Assembly: GCF_001194135.2 (NCBI RefSeq)
Contig: NC_068983.1
Coordinates: 131,732,297-131,781,358 of the forward strand
Reading direction: 5' to 3'
DNA from: Octopus bimaculoides
Taxonomy: Eukaryota
Length of the DNA: 49,062 bases
A model generated the notes under the pieces. It was not told the origin of the DNA, did no database searches, and was given only the letters and a program-made list of their open reading frames with translations. Numbering within the stretch: position 1 is the stretch's first letter; every line of letters begins with the position of its first letter. This document shows positions 48,525 to 49,062 of the stretch, piece after piece. A program made the translations under genes and the position numbers.

Positions 48525-49062
48525 CGATGGAGGAGTGGCGACGTATGCAGACTTGACCGGTTGGAAGCATACAGTTACAAATCTGCACATAAGGCGGCAG
48601 GGTTCTTATCTTAACATCGCTAACATGTCTTCATGGACAGGGACTGTTTTCGGTGGAGAATCCTGTGTCTGAGCAGCCCTTTTAAGGAGAACTCTGCTCA
48701 CCTGGATATACTGGGAAGGTGCTAGAAAAGGTGCATTAAAAATTGTCTGTCCGCATTCTGCTGGTTAGTTTACTGCGGCTAACGGTGGTTCAATATAGCA
48801 GGAACGAACGAAGAAATATAAGCAATAATAAAAAGTATGCGAGGAAGAAGGTTTTACTTAACTTGGCATGCTGGAATGTGAGAACTCTCTTGGATCGAGC
48901 GAATAGGCCTGAAAGAAGACCAGCTCTAGTAACTAAGGAGCTGAGACGTCTTAATGTTGATATTGCAGCTCTATCTGAAACAAGATGTTCAGGTGAAGAT
49001 CATCTTGTTGAAAGAGCAACCGGCTTCACAGTGTTCTGGGTTGGGAGGCCAAAGGGAGAGAA
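48525..49062 (+). mobile_element. RTE-clade LINE 5' end: 5' UTR and start of APE endonuclease, continuing beyond the window
   Basis: LNLACWNVRTLLDRANRPERRPALVTKELRRLNVDIAALSETRCSGEDHLVE, then after a frameshift near 49020, GFTVFWVGRPKGE. Typical RTE/BovB N-terminus. The 5' boundary is approximate. Confidence 0.9.

Overview
AT-rich, microsatellite-dense eukaryotic (animal) non-coding DNA that is almost entirely transposable-element debris. The tRNA-derived SINE types and repeat style suggest a cephalopod, probably Octopus (inference from recalled repeat families, not a search). No CRISPR array, rRNA, intact tRNA or host exon can be supported. Recognisable elements are four Penelope-like element (PLE) pieces, all on the minus strand: one near-intact RT, one GIY-YIG fragment, and two 3' fragments, each flanked by an inverted pair of terminal repeats carrying minimal hammerhead ribozymes. 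Also present are a full-length decayed mariner, two Helitron RepHel fragments, Tx1/L1-like LINE pieces (two divergent ORF1s, APE, RT), CR1/L2, R4/Dong and RTE fragments, several SINEs, MITEs and foldbacks. The most interesting signal is a PLE 3' end at 29856-30545 in which a tRNA-like Pol III promoter module sits between the GIY-YIG stop codon and a hammerhead with a palindromic stem III. Assembly gaps (N) are at 8226-8334, 18911-19185, 33973-34317, 39604-39763, 41139-41286 and 47108-47795. Boundaries of decayed elements are approximate; all translations outside the ORF track were done by eye.
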